DNA from: an uncultured Prevotella sp.
GTDB lineage: Bacteria; Bacteroidota; Bacteroidia; Bacteroidales; Bacteroidaceae
Direction: 5' to 3'
Assembly: GCA_905236455.1 (NCBI GenBank)
Contig: CAJOPT010000096.1
Coordinates: 4,922 to 68,921, forward strand
Length of the DNA stretch: 64,000 bases
The translations under genes were made by a program, and so were the position numbers. Below, in pieces: positions 50,592-61,500 of this stretch. The stretch's first letter is position 1. The number at the start of each line of letters is the position of its first letter. The notes under the pieces were generated by a model that saw nothing but the letters and a program-made list of their open reading frames with translations, did not search any database and was not told where the DNA came from.

Positions 50592-50891
50592 ATGGATGAT
50601 TTAACAAAAGAATTACAATCGTTCCTTGTTCGTCTTCATTACGACCCTGAATGCATATCCCACAAGGTTGAGCATTACCTTGAGCATCTTATGCATTTAC
50701 TGGCTGTTGATGATGAAATGGCTATCCTCTGCTATTTTGGTATTCTTGGGCATGAGCAAGTCTCGCTTTCTGACCTTGCCTGCGAAAGACATCTGTCACC
50801 GGAGACAATGATAGACAATATTGATAAAAACCTCCACAAGCTTGCTATCACACCTGAATGGCAGATGCTAAAACAAGTAATAGAAAAATGA
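50592..50891 (+). CDS. Small protein with degenerate sigma70 region-4-like HTH
   Basis: Residues 37-84 align by eye to region 4 of the RpoD in this window (12/47 identical). 4-nt overlap with fdtA. Confidence 0.65.
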   Translation: MDDLTKELQSFLVRLHYDPECISHKVEHYLEHLMHLLAVDDEMAILCYFGILGHEQVSLSDLACERHLSPETMIDNIDKNLHKLAITPEWQMLKQVIEK

Positions 50892-51298
50892 ATACAAAAA
50901 AATGGGAAATCATTGAGCTTCCGAAAATAGCTGACCCACGAGGTAACTTGACCGTATCGGAACAGATGAAGAACATACCCTTTGACATTACACGTGTATA
51001 CTGGACCTACGACATCCCCGCAGGAGAGAGCCGTGGCGGACACGCACATAGGACTTGCGAGGAGTTTATCGTTGCTGTCAGCGGCTCATTTGACGTGACT
51101 TTAGATAATGGAAAAGAAAAGAAGGTATTCCATCTTAATCATCCATATCAGGGATTATATGTCGGTACTGGAGTGTGGCGCACGTTAGACGATTTCTCAA
51201 GCAGCGCCGTATGCTTAGTCCTTGCCTCAGAGCTCTTCGATGAGGAGGAATATATTTACGACTATAATGAATTTAAAGAGTTCGTAAAGGATGTTTGA
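50888..51298 (+). CDS. fdtA: dTDP-4-keto-6-deoxyhexose 3,4-ketoisomerase (FdtA/QdtA cupin)
   Basis: DPRGNL, RVYWTYD, RGGHAH, VLASELFDEEEYI. Confidence 0.92.
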   Translation: MNTKKWEIIELPKIADPRGNLTVSEQMKNIPFDITRVYWTYDIPAGESRGGHAHRTCEEFIVAVSGSFDVTLDNGKEKKVFHLNHPYQGLYVGTGVWRTLDDFSSSAVCLVLASELFDEEEYIYDYNEFKEFVKDV

Positions 51299-52232
51299 GA
51301 TCAGGAGATACAGACCTAATCTTGAGAAGGAATGGAACGCCTACGTTGCCAAGGCACGTAATGCCACATTTCTTTTCAACAGGAGTTATATGGATTATCA
51401 TTCAGACCGCTTTGAAGATTATTCCATCATGTTCTATAAGAACGGACACCTGCATTCCATTCTTCCTGCCCATATTAAAGAATCTGTCTTATATTCACAT
51501 TTCGGACTGACATACGGGGGGCTTCTAATGGACATCAATGTAACGGCGGCCGATACTGTACAATTATTCAAAGAGCTGAACGTATATTTAAAGAATGCCG
51601 GAATTACAAAAGTGGTATATCGCCCTGTACCGTATATATATCATCAAATACCTGCCGAGGAAGACCTTTACGCAATATTCTGGCACTGCAACGCAAGACT
51701 CCTTTACAGGAATATCGGGACAACAATATTCATGCGACAAAATCTCCGTTGGCGAAAAGACCACAGAAGACGACTAAAGAACGCACAGTCGCAAGGTATA
51801 AGAGTTGAGAGAGACTCCAGTATTGAGGATTTCTGGAAGGTTCTTGAAGACAATCTTATGAAAAAGTTCTGTGCAAGACCGGTACATACTAAAGAAGAGA
51901 TGCTATTATTAAAGTCGCGTTTTCCCAATGAGATCATACAATACAACGCATACCTTAATGAACAGATTATTGGAGGTATTACATTTTACATAATGCCTAA
52001 TGTCATACACGGACAGTACAGCTCAACTAATGACTTAGGAAAGCAATATGGTGCTATGGAAGCCATCTATGAGCAGGTGATGTATCATGACTATACCGAC
52101 TATACATATCTGGACTTCGGCAGCTCAACAGAAGAGAACGGTAGTATTATCAATGAAGGTCTTATAGCACACAAGGAAGGATATGGCGGGAGAGCTGTCT
52201 GCTACGACACATACGAATGGTTAATACCATAG
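51291..52232 (+). CDS. GNAT/FemAB-like N-acyltransferase
   Basis: ATFLFNRSYMDYHSDRF, SHFGLTYGG, LDFGSS, KEGYGGR. Confidence 0.85.
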   Translation: MFEIRRYRPNLEKEWNAYVAKARNATFLFNRSYMDYHSDRFEDYSIMFYKNGHLHSILPAHIKESVLYSHFGLTYGGLLMDINVTAADTVQLFKELNVYLKNAGITKVVYRPVPYIYHQIPAEEDLYAIFWHCNARLLYRNIGTTIFMRQNLRWRKDHRRRLKNAQSQGIRVERDSSIEDFWKVLEDNLMKKFCARPVHTKEEMLLLKSRFPNEIIQYNAYLNEQIIGGITFYIMPNVIHGQYSSTNDLGKQYGAMEAIYEQVMYHDYTDYTYLDFGSSTEENGSIINEGLIAHKEGYGGRAVCYDTYEWLIP

Positions 52233-52286
52233 CTGGGATTCCACCAACCGCCTCTCCGCCCACAACCATAACAAATATCAATTTAT

Positions 52287-53393
52287 ATGACATTACGAGA
52301 GTTTATAAAATATTGGCTACCCTATGGCATTGAGAACAAGTTGCGTCACCAGCGTGACAAAAGACAAGGATTACTGCCATTGGACGGATATCTAGAATAC
52401 ATAGACAGTGGACAATCTACTGAGTTCTCTGATGTCCCATATAAATACCGTTCCATCATTACCGTACACGGATATGGATATAGTGGCTCCGGAGCGGTAA
52501 TCGACCTGCTAAGGGAGTTCAGTAACGTAAGGACTCTGGCTGGCAACGAACCGCAATTCAACAAATTGAAAGTAGAAGAAGATCTATCTGAGATTGACTT
52601 CCCACAAGTGGCTGGAGGCTTATTTGACTTGGAGCATTATATCAATTCCAGAAATATCTTTCTCAACGATGCCGTGATGAACCGTTTCGTCAGGATGATA
52701 AGTCATTCCGACATCTATTACAGATTCCCGGAGACAAGACCTGCGGTGTTCAAATTCATGCACCACTTAATAAATTTCACTCTCCCACACTTGAAAGAGA
52801 AATACTATAATGGTCCTCAGAGTGAATTGACTGTTAAAGGGTCGGATATATATACCCTGAAGCATTTATCCTTGAAAGAATACAGAAACATTTGCAGGCT
52901 GTTTATTCGCGAGCTTTTCAACAGTATTCCGCCTATTGAGGGAAAAGACACATTGGTTCTTGACGGATTCCTTTGTGACTTGGAATACGACAACAAACGG
53001 TATCAAGAGTTTGTTCCTGGTATTAAGACGATTGTGGTCTATAGGGATCCGAGAGACATCTATGCCTTTGCCATCGACAAAAAGATAGAATGGATACCTT
53101 TGGATGCTGATACTTTTATAGAATGGATAAAGTTGTCAACTGAGCGTTTCGACATACATAGCAGCGACTTTCTGGTTATCAGATTTGAAGATCTGGTAAT
53201 GCAATATCAACATACCCGTGATACGCTTATCGGCTATTTAGGCTTGGAACCGGGTATGCAATGTAAGAATAAGATGTATTTTGACCCTGCCATTTCAGCT
53301 AAGAACATCGGTATCTGGAAGAACAGTAGAGTCAACAAGGGAGATTTCGATAAAATTCATAATAATCTTCCTGAATTATGCTATGATAAATAG
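52287..53393 (+). CDS. Sulfotransferase-fold protein
   Basis: GYGYSGSGAV 5'-PSB-like loop, VYRDPRD 3'-PB motif, IRFEDLV, KNIGIWK. Confidence 0.75.
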   Translation: MTLREFIKYWLPYGIENKLRHQRDKRQGLLPLDGYLEYIDSGQSTEFSDVPYKYRSIITVHGYGYSGSGAVIDLLREFSNVRTLAGNEPQFNKLKVEEDLSEIDFPQVAGGLFDLEHYINSRNIFLNDAVMNRFVRMISHSDIYYRFPETRPAVFKFMHHLINFTLPHLKEKYYNGPQSELTVKGSDIYTLKHLSLKEYRNICRLFIRELFNSIPPIEGKDTLVLDGFLCDLEYDNKRYQEFVPGIKTIVVYRDPRDIYAFAIDKKIEWIPLDADTFIEWIKLSTERFDIHSSDFLVIRFEDLVMQYQHTRDTLIGYLGLEPGMQCKNKMYFDPAISAKNIGIWKNSRVNKGDFDKIHNNLPELCYDK

Positions 53394-53411
53394 CAGTAAA
53401 AAGAGTAGACA

Positions 53412-54875
53412 ATGAGCAGTAGTACTGACGAGAAACGAAGTTACAGAAACGGATTGAAATTTACCTCAATCTTCGGAGGGGTGCAATTCGTACAGGTACT
53501 TGTCTCACTTATACGATCCAAATTCGTTGCCGTATTGCTTGGACCTGGCGGAATGGGCATTTTCGGGCTACTCTCATCTGCAATACAGTTCATTACGTCT
53601 ATTTGCAATTTAGGACTCACGCAAACCGGTGTGCGCGACATCTCCATAGCATACGAGGAAGGCGACAATGAGAAATTTAGCCGCACTGTATCTATTTTTC
53701 AACGCTTGATAGTATTCTCCGGACTGTTTGGGACTATCCTTTGTCTTTTTCTCTCACCACTATTAAGTCTGTTAAGTTTTGGAAATTATGAATACACCTG
53801 GGCTTTTATACTCCTTTCTTGCACACTTCTAATGATACAGATGACAAATGGAAAGGTCGTACTTCTACAAAGCACAAAGAACATGAAACGTATGGCATAC
53901 GCCAGTCTCTATAGCAGCATATTGGGACTGGTACTTACCATACCACTTTATTACATTTTTGGCACTGACGGTATTGTGCCTGCCATGATCATCACAGCTA
54001 TCTCTGGTCTTATATTGTACAATTGGATTGCGAGAAATATTAAATACGATAAGATTCCACTGAAGAACAAGGAGGCATTTAAAGAGGGGAATATACTTAT
54101 AAAGTTGGGATTATTCATAACATTACAGGGGTTTTTCTCCCGACTTGCCACTTACCTTATAAATATCTACATAGGACACGCTGGAAGTATTGACGACGTC
54201 GGTCTATACAATTCTGCCCTGTTCATTATTGACGCGGCTGCCGGCATGGTTTATGCCGCCATCAACTCTGAATATTATCCCCGTTTATCCTCATGTTCCA
54301 ATGATAACAATAAATTCACAAAAACAATAAATCAGCAAATCCATATAGCAATGGTCTTCCTGGGACCAATCCTGGCATTATTCTCACTCTTCTGCGAACT
54401 GGCAACAATCATTTTCCTGTCATCTAAGTTCCTTGATGCCACCATGATGATGCGTATAGCTATATTTGGAACCTTCTTCCGCGGTCCTGCCCTATGCTAT
54501 GCATATACTTTTCTCTCAAAGGGAGATACAAAAGCATACTGGCTGAATGAATTAGCCACAATGGTTGTGAGACTTTCCCTCCATATTATCGGCTACAAAT
54601 TGTGGGGAGTAACAGGTCTTGGAATCGCATATATGGCTACTTATGTTTTCTACTTCCTACAATCGGCCATTGTATGCAGGATTCTATACAAGTACCATTT
54701 CGATTTTGAGCTGTTGCGCGTAATGATCCCACAATTACTAATCGGATGTTGTATTTTCGTAATATCAGAATATAGCGGTTATATTTTCAAATACACTGTT
54801 GGCATACTATTAGTAACACTTAGTGTCTTGTTGGTTTTCAAGGCTATGCGCGAGAAACTATCGAAAAGGATATAA
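53412..54875 (+). CDS. wzx: Polysaccharide flippase (Wzx)
   Basis: TSIFGGVQ...RSKFVAVLLGPGGMG, ~12-14 TM, YYPRLS. Confidence 0.9.
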   Translation: MSSSTDEKRSYRNGLKFTSIFGGVQFVQVLVSLIRSKFVAVLLGPGGMGIFGLLSSAIQFITSICNLGLTQTGVRDISIAYEEGDNEKFSRTVSIFQRLIVFSGLFGTILCLFLSPLLSLLSFGNYEYTWAFILLSCTLLMIQMTNGKVVLLQSTKNMKRMAYASLYSSILGLVLTIPLYYIFGTDGIVPAMIITAISGLILYNWIARNIKYDKIPLKNKEAFKEGNILIKLGLFITLQGFFSRLATYLINIYIGHAGSIDDVGLYNSALFIIDAAAGMVYAAINSEYYPRLSSCSNDNNKFTKTINQQIHIAMVFLGPILALFSLFCELATIIFLSSKFLDATMMMRIAIFGTFFRGPALCYAYTFLSKGDTKAYWLNELATMVVRLSLHIIGYKLWGVTGLGIAYMATYVFYFLQSAIVCRILYKYHFDFELLRVMIPQLLIGCCIFVISEYSGYIFKYTVGILLVTLSVLLVFKAMREKLSKRI

Positions 54876-54912
54876 GGAAACATATTGTTATATCCTTTTC
54901 GATGTGAATCTG

Positions 54913-55257
54913 CTATAAACGATTACCTTCCTTTGGGAAAATAACCGTAGGGGTAAATGTCTTTGCCTCCTCGAAATCCATAAGTGCGTATGAGATAACA
55001 ATAACTACATCACCTGGGATGACCTTACGCGCCGCAGCACCATTAAGGCACAGACAGCCACTGCCTCTCTCGCCCTTGATAACATAGGTCTCAAAGCGTT
55101 CACCATTGTTATTGTTAAGTACCTGAACCTTCTCTCCCTCAATGAGATTGGCTGCTTCCATCAAGTCTTCATCAATAGTAATACTACCCATATAATGAAG
55201 ATTTGCCTCAGTTACAGTAACACAATGCAACTTGCTCTTTAAAACTTCTATCATCAT
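54913..55257 (-). CDS. panD: Aspartate 1-decarboxylase
   Basis: YMGSITID self-cleavage site, [15 protein letters not shown]. Confidence 0.98.
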   Translation of the reverse strand: MMIEVLKSKLHCVTVTEANLHYMGSITIDEDLMEAANLIEGEKVQVLNNNNGERFETYVIKGERGSGCLCLNGAAARKVIPGDVVIVISYALMDFEEAKTFTPTVIFPKEGNRL

Positions 55258-55261
55258 ATTT

Positions 55262-56113
55262 CTATCCTTTATACTTTATATGGTCTATAAGCCGAATCGG
55301 TGTCTTACCGCAATATACCGTGATACAACCAACTACGTATGGACTGTCATCCCACGTCGACACGGGCTGTAACGTATTGCCGTCAACAATCTCAAAGTAT
55401 TCCACATCCAGACCATCGACTGAGTTTATGTCTTTAACGACTCGGTCATGGGTTTCTTGAACGGTATGCCCCTTAGCATACAACACACTGTCACTTAAAG
55501 CTTTATATATCGCTGGAGCTATAGCACGCTCGTCTTTCGACAAAAGAGTATTACGACTACTCTTTGCCAGTCCATCCGCATCCCTGACAATAGGACACTC
55601 TACTATCTGGATGTCAGCACCCATATAGCCCACAAGCTGTTTGATAACGGCAATTTGCTGCCAATCTTTTTCACCAAAATACGCGCGAGTAGGTCTTACG
55701 ATATAAAACAAACGGCTCACAACCTGACATACCCCATTGAAATGACCAGGACGCTTCGCTCCTTCCATAACCGTTGACACTGGAGGGAACTCAAACTTAC
55801 GGTTGTCCGGCACAGGATACATCTCATCTACCGAAGGAGCAAACACATAGTCCGCTCCTACTTTCTCAAGCAAGGCACAGTCAGCATCCAGCGTACGGGG
55901 ATAGCGTGCGAGGTCGTCTGAGTCATTAAATTGCGTGGGATTAAGAAACACCGACACAACAGTAACACTATTATCTTTTACACTGCGCTCTACAAGTGAG
56001 GCATGACCTTCATGAAGAGCCCCCATTGTTGGAACCAGACCAATGCTCTTACCTTCCTTTCTTAAAGGAAAAAGCTCATTCTGGAGATCAACAATACGAT
56101 TGAATATTTTCAT
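55262..56113 (-). CDS. panC: Pantoate--beta-alanine ligase
   Basis: [40 protein letters not shown]. Confidence 0.98.
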   Translation of the reverse strand: MKIFNRIVDLQNELFPLRKEGKSIGLVPTMGALHEGHASLVERSVKDNSVTVVSVFLNPTQFNDSDDLARYPRTLDADCALLEKVGADYVFAPSVDEMYPVPDNRKFEFPPVSTVMEGAKRPGHFNGVCQVVSRLFYIVRPTRAYFGEKDWQQIAVIKQLVGYMGADIQIVECPIVRDADGLAKSSRNTLLSKDERAIAPAIYKALSDSVLYAKGHTVQETHDRVVKDINSVDGLDVEYFEIVDGNTLQPVSTWDDSPYVVGCITVYCGKTPIRLIDHIKYKG

Positions 56114-56307
56114 ATACTATATATTTTCGGGCTGCAAAGTAACAACTTTTTTATTAAAAAGACAAGAATAACATTAAAAATATGACAAATTGGTGTTTTT
56201 TTTAGGCAAAATCAAGTGTAGAGATGATTGATTTTCAAGTTTTTTTCGTACCTTTGCATGTTGTTTACAGGCGTTGATCGCACAACATAACACTAATTAA
56301 AAAGAGA

Positions 56308-57117
56308 ATGGGAAAGAAAGTATTATTTATCAATCAGGAAATTATTCCTTATGTTCCAGATTCAGAAATGTCTTTAATGGGAAGTCTGATTCCACAAAAA
56401 ATGCAGGAAACAGGCTTTGAGATTCGTACTTTCATGCCAAAGTGGGGAACCATCAACGAACGCCGCGGACAACTGCATGAGGTAATACGTCTCTCTGGTA
56501 TGAACCTGATTATTGATGATACCGACCATCCTTTGATTATCAAAGTGGCATCAATCCCACAGTCACGAATTCAGGTATATTTCATTGACAATGAGGATTA
56601 TTTCCAAAAACGCAAGACAACCGTTGACGAGTTAGGTGACGAATATCCCGACAATGGTGAGCGGGCAATATTCTTCGCCAGAGGTGTTCTTGAGACCGTG
56701 AAGAAACTACGTTGGACCCCAGACATAATCCATTGTCAGGGATGGATGAGTGCTGTTATACCATTCTATGTTAAGACCGCATATCACGACGAGCCTCAAT
56801 TTGCGAACACAAAAGTGATTACATCATTGTTCTGCGAACAACCTAAAGGTGATTTTGGCACAAAGTTTAAACAATGTATTGAGTTTCGTGAAGGAAAGAT
56901 CGAGCTCTTGAGCAAATACAAGGAGAACTTTGATTATATCGAACTCGGAAAATTCGCAATAGACTATTCCGATGCCATAATAGAGACAAGCAAGAAGGTC
57001 AATACAGACTTGATAAATTACTCCAAAGAAATTAAAAAGCCTATATTGAAACACCCGTCAAAGGATAAGATTACTGAAAAATATACAGATTTCTACAATC
57101 GTATTTTAGAAGGATAA
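56308..57117 (+). CDS. Glycogen/starch synthase-like protein (GT5 N-terminal domain only)
   Basis: KVLFINQEIIPY, FMPKWG, YPDNGERAIFF, PDIIHCQGW. Only 269 aa. TACCTTTG at 56249-56256. Confidence 0.85.
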   Translation: MGKKVLFINQEIIPYVPDSEMSLMGSLIPQKMQETGFEIRTFMPKWGTINERRGQLHEVIRLSGMNLIIDDTDHPLIIKVASIPQSRIQVYFIDNEDYFQKRKTTVDELGDEYPDNGERAIFFARGVLETVKKLRWTPDIIHCQGWMSAVIPFYVKTAYHDEPQFANTKVITSLFCEQPKGDFGTKFKQCIEFREGKIELLSKYKENFDYIELGKFAIDYSDAIIETSKKVNTDLINYSKEIKKPILKHPSKDKITEKYTDFYNRILEG

Positions 57118-57124
57118 CTAACGT

Positions 57125-58561
57125 ATGAGAATAAAATTATTCGCTGCAGGACTGGCATTTCTTACAATTGCTTTTGCCTCATGTGATGAGTCAACCGACA
57201 CTATCGGTTCTTCCTTAATAAGCAATGTTGACAATCTGGATGTATCTACCGACACATTCAATGTTACAAGCAAGACCATAATTGCCGACTCCGTTCTCTC
57301 AAGAAGTATTATTGGATATCTTGGCAGAGTCATGGATCCGGAAACGGGAGACATAATTACCGGCGATGTGATGGTACAGCTTCATGCTATGGAGAACTAT
57401 AGCATCATATCAGAAGACAGTATTATCAGCAGATTAGACGGAAAGGTCATTGCTGACTCCTGCAAACTGTCTATCATCTACAATAGTTTTTACGGAGACT
57501 CGCTCAGCCAAATGAAACTGAACGTTTACGAGATGGCTAAACCTTTCGAGGAAGGCACAGAGTTCTATTCCAACTATGACCCTGTTAAAGAGGGATATAT
57601 TCGTGTCGGAGAAGGAGCCGTCAACCAAAGCCGCTCATATACACTTGCCGACAACAACTATACGATAGCTGAAAGGTCTGCGTCAAGTTATCAGCCAAAA
57701 ATAACCATTAACCTGAACGACCCGTATACCGACCTTCAAGGAAACACATACAATAACTACGGCACATATTTATTGAGGCAATATTTTTCTAATCCCTCAA
57801 ACTTCAAAAACCAGTATCTTTTCACACATCAGGTTATTCCGGGATTTTACTTTAAGATGACTGGCGGGTTAGGGTCAATGGCTCAAATAACAACAGCACA
57901 ACTCTCCCTATGGTTCCGAGTAGAGAAAAATGACTCCATACTTAAATATGTCACGTCGTTCACCGGTACGGAAGAGGTGCTTCAGACTACCAACTTTACT
58001 AACGACAAGGCTCTTCTTAAACAGATGGCAGAGGACAACAGCTGCACGTATTTAAAGACACCTGCCGGACTGTTTACAGAAGTGACACTACCTGTAGACG
58101 AGATAATGTCCGGGCACCAGAACGACTCCGTGAATTCTGCCAGGATAGAGATTCCACGCGTCAACAATACATACAGCACTAACTATTCCTTTGATATCCC
58201 TCCCACAATACTTATGATACCGAAGGATAGCCTGCACTCATTCTTTGCCCAAAGTAAGATTGCCGATTACAGGACTTCTTTCCTCGCATCTTATTCGAGC
58301 AGTACAAATAAATACGTGTTCTATAATATCTCAGGACTCATCAACAAGATGTATAAATCAAAGCAAAACGGTGGTGAGAACTGGAACAAGGCGGTATTGA
58401 TACCTGTATCTACAGAATATTCAACAACCTCAAGCAACAGTAGTGTATTGTCAAAAGTAACACACGACATGTCACTGACAAGCACCAAACTTGTAGGAGG
58501 CAGTTTAAATCCTGATAAGCTTAAAATAAGTATTGTATACGGTAAGTTCAATGGCAGATAA
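57125..58561 (+). CDS. DUF4270 family lipoprotein
   Basis: Lipobox FASC, YLGRVMDPETG, TYLKTPAGLFTEVTLP. Typical neighbour of the GT5-like gene and panC. Confidence 0.85.
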   Translation: MRIKLFAAGLAFLTIAFASCDESTDTIGSSLISNVDNLDVSTDTFNVTSKTIIADSVLSRSIIGYLGRVMDPETGDIITGDVMVQLHAMENYSIISEDSIISRLDGKVIADSCKLSIIYNSFYGDSLSQMKLNVYEMAKPFEEGTEFYSNYDPVKEGYIRVGEGAVNQSRSYTLADNNYTIAERSASSYQPKITINLNDPYTDLQGNTYNNYGTYLLRQYFSNPSNFKNQYLFTHQVIPGFYFKMTGGLGSMAQITTAQLSLWFRVEKNDSILKYVTSFTGTEEVLQTTNFTNDKALLKQMAEDNSCTYLKTPAGLFTEVTLPVDEIMSGHQNDSVNSARIEIPRVNNTYSTNYSFDIPPTILMIPKDSLHSFFAQSKIADYRTSFLASYSSSTNKYVFYNISGLINKMYKSKQNGGENWNKAVLIPVSTEYSTTSSNSSVLSKVTHDMSLTSTKLVGGSLNPDKLKISIVYGKFNGR

Positions 58562-58810
58562 CTATTTAGAACGCCACTTTGAAGAATATGAAAGGCGGAA
58601 ACAGATTTGGCTTCGAAAGAAAAAGAACATGTCTTCAATAAAAAACATGTCTTCAATAAGGTCACACAATATTGAGAAGCCTGAAGACGAGGCTTTATAA
58701 AGAATGCTATGCCAAAGAGAAACACGTTATTTCATTTTTTGGCACAGCATTTGCATATATGTAACTAATTGCATATTAGTAGAAAGATTAAAAGTAAAAT
58801 TTATAGGAGG

Positions 58811-61348
58811 ATGACATTAATGAGCCATTTTTCACCCAAAGTATCAGAAATACTCTCATTCAGTAAAGAAGAAGCTGAAAGGCTGGCAAGCACATCTGTA
58901 GGCCCGGAGCATCTCTTATTGGGTATACTTAGAGAAAAGAGTGGTCCTGTGAAAGAAATGATGGACACCATGAACGTTAACGTGGAGTCTATTAAATATG
59001 AGCTGGAACAAAGAATACGCCAACAAGACAACGGCAGACTGATATTCTCTTCTGACTTGCTGTTGAACGAGAAAGCCAACAATATTCTCAGGTTGGCAGT
59101 CTTAGAGGCACGGTTGCAAAAAATGCCTATGGTGGAGATACAACACCTTTTGCTGGCAATATTGCATGACAATGTAAACAACGGTGCCAAAGATGTTCTT
59201 GAGAAAAATGACTTGACATACGATACCGTATCTGGTGTCTTGCTGCCAAAAGCAAATGCCACAAACGGTATAGGTATGACTGATGAGGAGGATGAGGAAG
59301 AGAGCTCTATGGTTAATTCACAGCAACAAAGCCAATCCACATCCTCAAAGACTCGTACCAAGACGAAATCAAAGACTCCTGTTCTTGATAATTTCAGCAA
59401 AGACCTCACCCTGGCTGCCACCGAGGGTAAGCTTGACCCTGTTGTAGGACGTGAGAAAGAAATCATGAGGGTGTGTGAGATCCTTGGCAGGCGCAAGAAA
59501 AACAACCCGATTCTTATCGGTGAGCCTGGCGTCGGAAAGAGTGCCATAGTAGAAGGATTGGCACAGATGATTGTGAGACATCATACGTCACCGGTGTTAT
59601 TCAATAAAAGAGTGGTGAACCTTGATATGACAGCTGTTGTAGCAGGCACAAAATACCGTGGTCAGTTTGAGGAGCGTATACGTGCGCTCATCAACGAGCT
59701 TGAGAATAATCCCGATATAATAGTCTTCATGGATGAGATTCATACCATTATCGGGGCCGGCTCCACTCCTGGTTCCATGGATGCTGCCAATATCCTTAAA
59801 CCGGCACTGGCTCGCGGTACCATACAATGCATTGGTGCAACGACGTTAAGTGAATACCGCAACTCCATTGAGAAAGACGGAGCTCTGGAACGCCGCTTCC
59901 AGAAAGTCCTGGTTGAGCCGTCTTCACAGGAGGAGACATTACAGATTCTTACAAATATCAAGGAACGGTATGAAGACCACCATCATGTCACATATACTGA
60001 CGAGGCTCTGCTTGCCTGTGTCAAATTGACAGAGAGATACGTAAACGACCGTTTCTTCCCAGACAAAGCTATTGATGCCATGGACGAGGTTGGCTCACGA
60101 ATGCACCTGCTCCATGCTGAGGTTCCAAAAGAGATTATTGAAAAGGAAAAGGAACTGGAATCTGTCAAGCAGAAGAAGAATGACGCGGTAAGCAATCAGA
60201 ACTTTGAGCTTGCGGCAAGTTACCGTGACCGTCAGGCATCCCTTGAGAAGGAAATCAAGGAGATGAATGAAAAATGGACGAACTGCAACAGCAATGACCG
60301 TCAGGTTATCACCGAGGAGCATGTCGCAGAGGTCGTCTCCATGATGACCGGTGTGCCCGTACAACGCATGAACCAGTCTGAGGGTATCCGCTTAAAAGGT
60401 ATGTCTGAAAACCTAAAGCGGGAGGTAATAGCACAAGACAAGGCGATAGAAAAGATGGTTAAGGCCATTCAGCGAAACCGCATCGGACTAAAGGATCCCA
60501 ACCACCCCATCGGCGCATTCATGTTCCTTGGTCCTACCGGTGTAGGCAAGACCTATCTTGCAAAGAAATTAGCAGAGTTCATGTTCGGCTCTCAAGATGC
60601 ATTGATACGTGTCGACATGAGTGAATACACTGAGAACTTCAATGTGTCAAGGCTGATTGGAGCGCCTCCGGGATATGTAGGATATGAAGAGGGCGGACAA
60701 CTCACAGAGAAGGTTCGCCGCCACCCCTACTCCATCGTACTGCTGGATGAGATAGAAAAGGCACATGGCAACGTCTTCAACCTCTTATTACAGGTATTAG
60801 ACGAAGGAAGACTGACCGATGGCAACGGAAGACTCATTGACTTCAGGAATACTGTCGTCATCATGACATCAAATGCAGGCACACGACAGCTGAAAGAGTT
60901 CGGACATGGTGTCGGCTTCAACGCCGGGCGCTTCAACGCATTCTCACATGACGAGAAGGATAAAGAATATGCGCGGTCAATCATACAAAAAAGCCTCTCA
61001 AAGCAGTTCTCACCGGAGTTCCTCAACCGCCTTGATGAGATTATCACATTCGACCAACTGGACCTCAATGCCATTAAGAGCATTATTGACATTGAGCTGC
61101 GGGGATTAGAGTCCAGAATCAGCCAGTTGGGATATAAGATAGAGCTCTCTGACGCAGCTAAAGAGTTCGTCGCCACAAAGGGATATGACGTGCAGTTTGG
61201 CGCACGACCATTGAAAAGGGCTATCCAAACATACATCGAAGATGGTGTCTCTGAGATGATTCTTAATGAAGAGATCTCACAAGGCTCTACAATATATATA
61301 GACAAAGAAGCTGAAAAAGAGAGTCTGACATTTAACGCAAAAGCATAA
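58811..61348 (+). CDS. clpC: ATP-dependent Clp protease ATP-binding subunit (ClpC-type)
   Basis: Clp_N repeats, [11 protein letters not shown] linker, [24 protein letters not shown]. Start 58811 or 58820. Confidence 0.95.
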   Translation: MTLMSHFSPKVSEILSFSKEEAERLASTSVGPEHLLLGILREKSGPVKEMMDTMNVNVESIKYELEQRIRQQDNGRLIFSSDLLLNEKANNILRLAVLEARLQKMPMVEIQHLLLAILHDNVNNGAKDVLEKNDLTYDTVSGVLLPKANATNGIGMTDEEDEEESSMVNSQQQSQSTSSKTRTKTKSKTPVLDNFSKDLTLAATEGKLDPVVGREKEIMRVCEILGRRKKNNPILIGEPGVGKSAIVEGLAQMIVRHHTSPVLFNKRVVNLDMTAVVAGTKYRGQFEERIRALINELENNPDIIVFMDEIHTIIGAGSTPGSMDAANILKPALARGTIQCIGATTLSEYRNSIEKDGALERRFQKVLVEPSSQEETLQILTNIKERYEDHHHVTYTDEALLACVKLTERYVNDRFFPDKAIDAMDEVGSRMHLLHAEVPKEIIEKEKELESVKQKKNDAVSNQNFELAASYRDRQASLEKEIKEMNEKWTNCNSNDRQVITEEHVAEVVSMMTGVPVQRMNQSEGIRLKGMSENLKREVIAQDKAIEKMVKAIQRNRIGLKDPNHPIGAFMFLGPTGVGKTYLAKKLAEFMFGSQDALIRVDMSEYTENFNVSRLIGAPPGYVGYEEGGQLTEKVRRHPYSIVLLDEIEKAHGNVFNLLLQVLDEGRLTDGNGRLIDFRNTVVIMTSNAGTRQLKEFGHGVGFNAGRFNAFSHDEKDKEYARSIIQKSLSKQFSPEFLNRLDEIITFDQLDLNAIKSIIDIELRGLESRISQLGYKIELSDAAKEFVATKGYDVQFGARPLKRAIQTYIEDGVSEMILNEEISQGSTIYIDKEAEKESLTFNAKA

Positions 61349-61355
61349 TGGCGGC

Positions 61356-61414
61356 AAAGCATTGATGCAGACACGGAAAGCATTGATGTAGACACGGTAA
61401 AGCATTGATGTAGA
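61356..61414. repeat. 21-bp tandem repeat (2.8 copies)
   Basis: AAAGCATTGATG(C/T)AGACACGG x2 plus a partial copy. Confidence 0.9.
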
Positions 61415-61440
61415 TTTCCGATAGCTATGCTCTAATAAAA

Positions 61441-61500
61441 AAGTTGTTACAAGATTTCAGAAAGTTGTTACAAGTTTTCAGGAAGTTGTAACAACTTTCA
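61441..61500. repeat. 21-bp tandem repeat (3 copies) forming a terminator-like hairpin
   Basis: AAGTTGT(T/A)ACAA...TTTCAG x3. 61461-61473 pairs perfectly with 61486-61498. Confidence 0.85.

Noticed and set aside
52233-52265. GC-rich patch containing ops-like GGCGGTTG
   Set aside because: It is on the non-coding strand of the operon, imperfect, and no UpxY/RfaH gene is nearby.
58626-58659. 16-bp direct repeat AACATGTCTTCAATAA x2 upstream of clpC
   Set aside because: A simple local duplication that does not match CtsR or CIRCE operators, so no function can be supported.
61356-61500. Short direct repeats as a CRISPR array
   Set aside because: Units are contiguous with no unique spacers, and there are no cas genes in the window.
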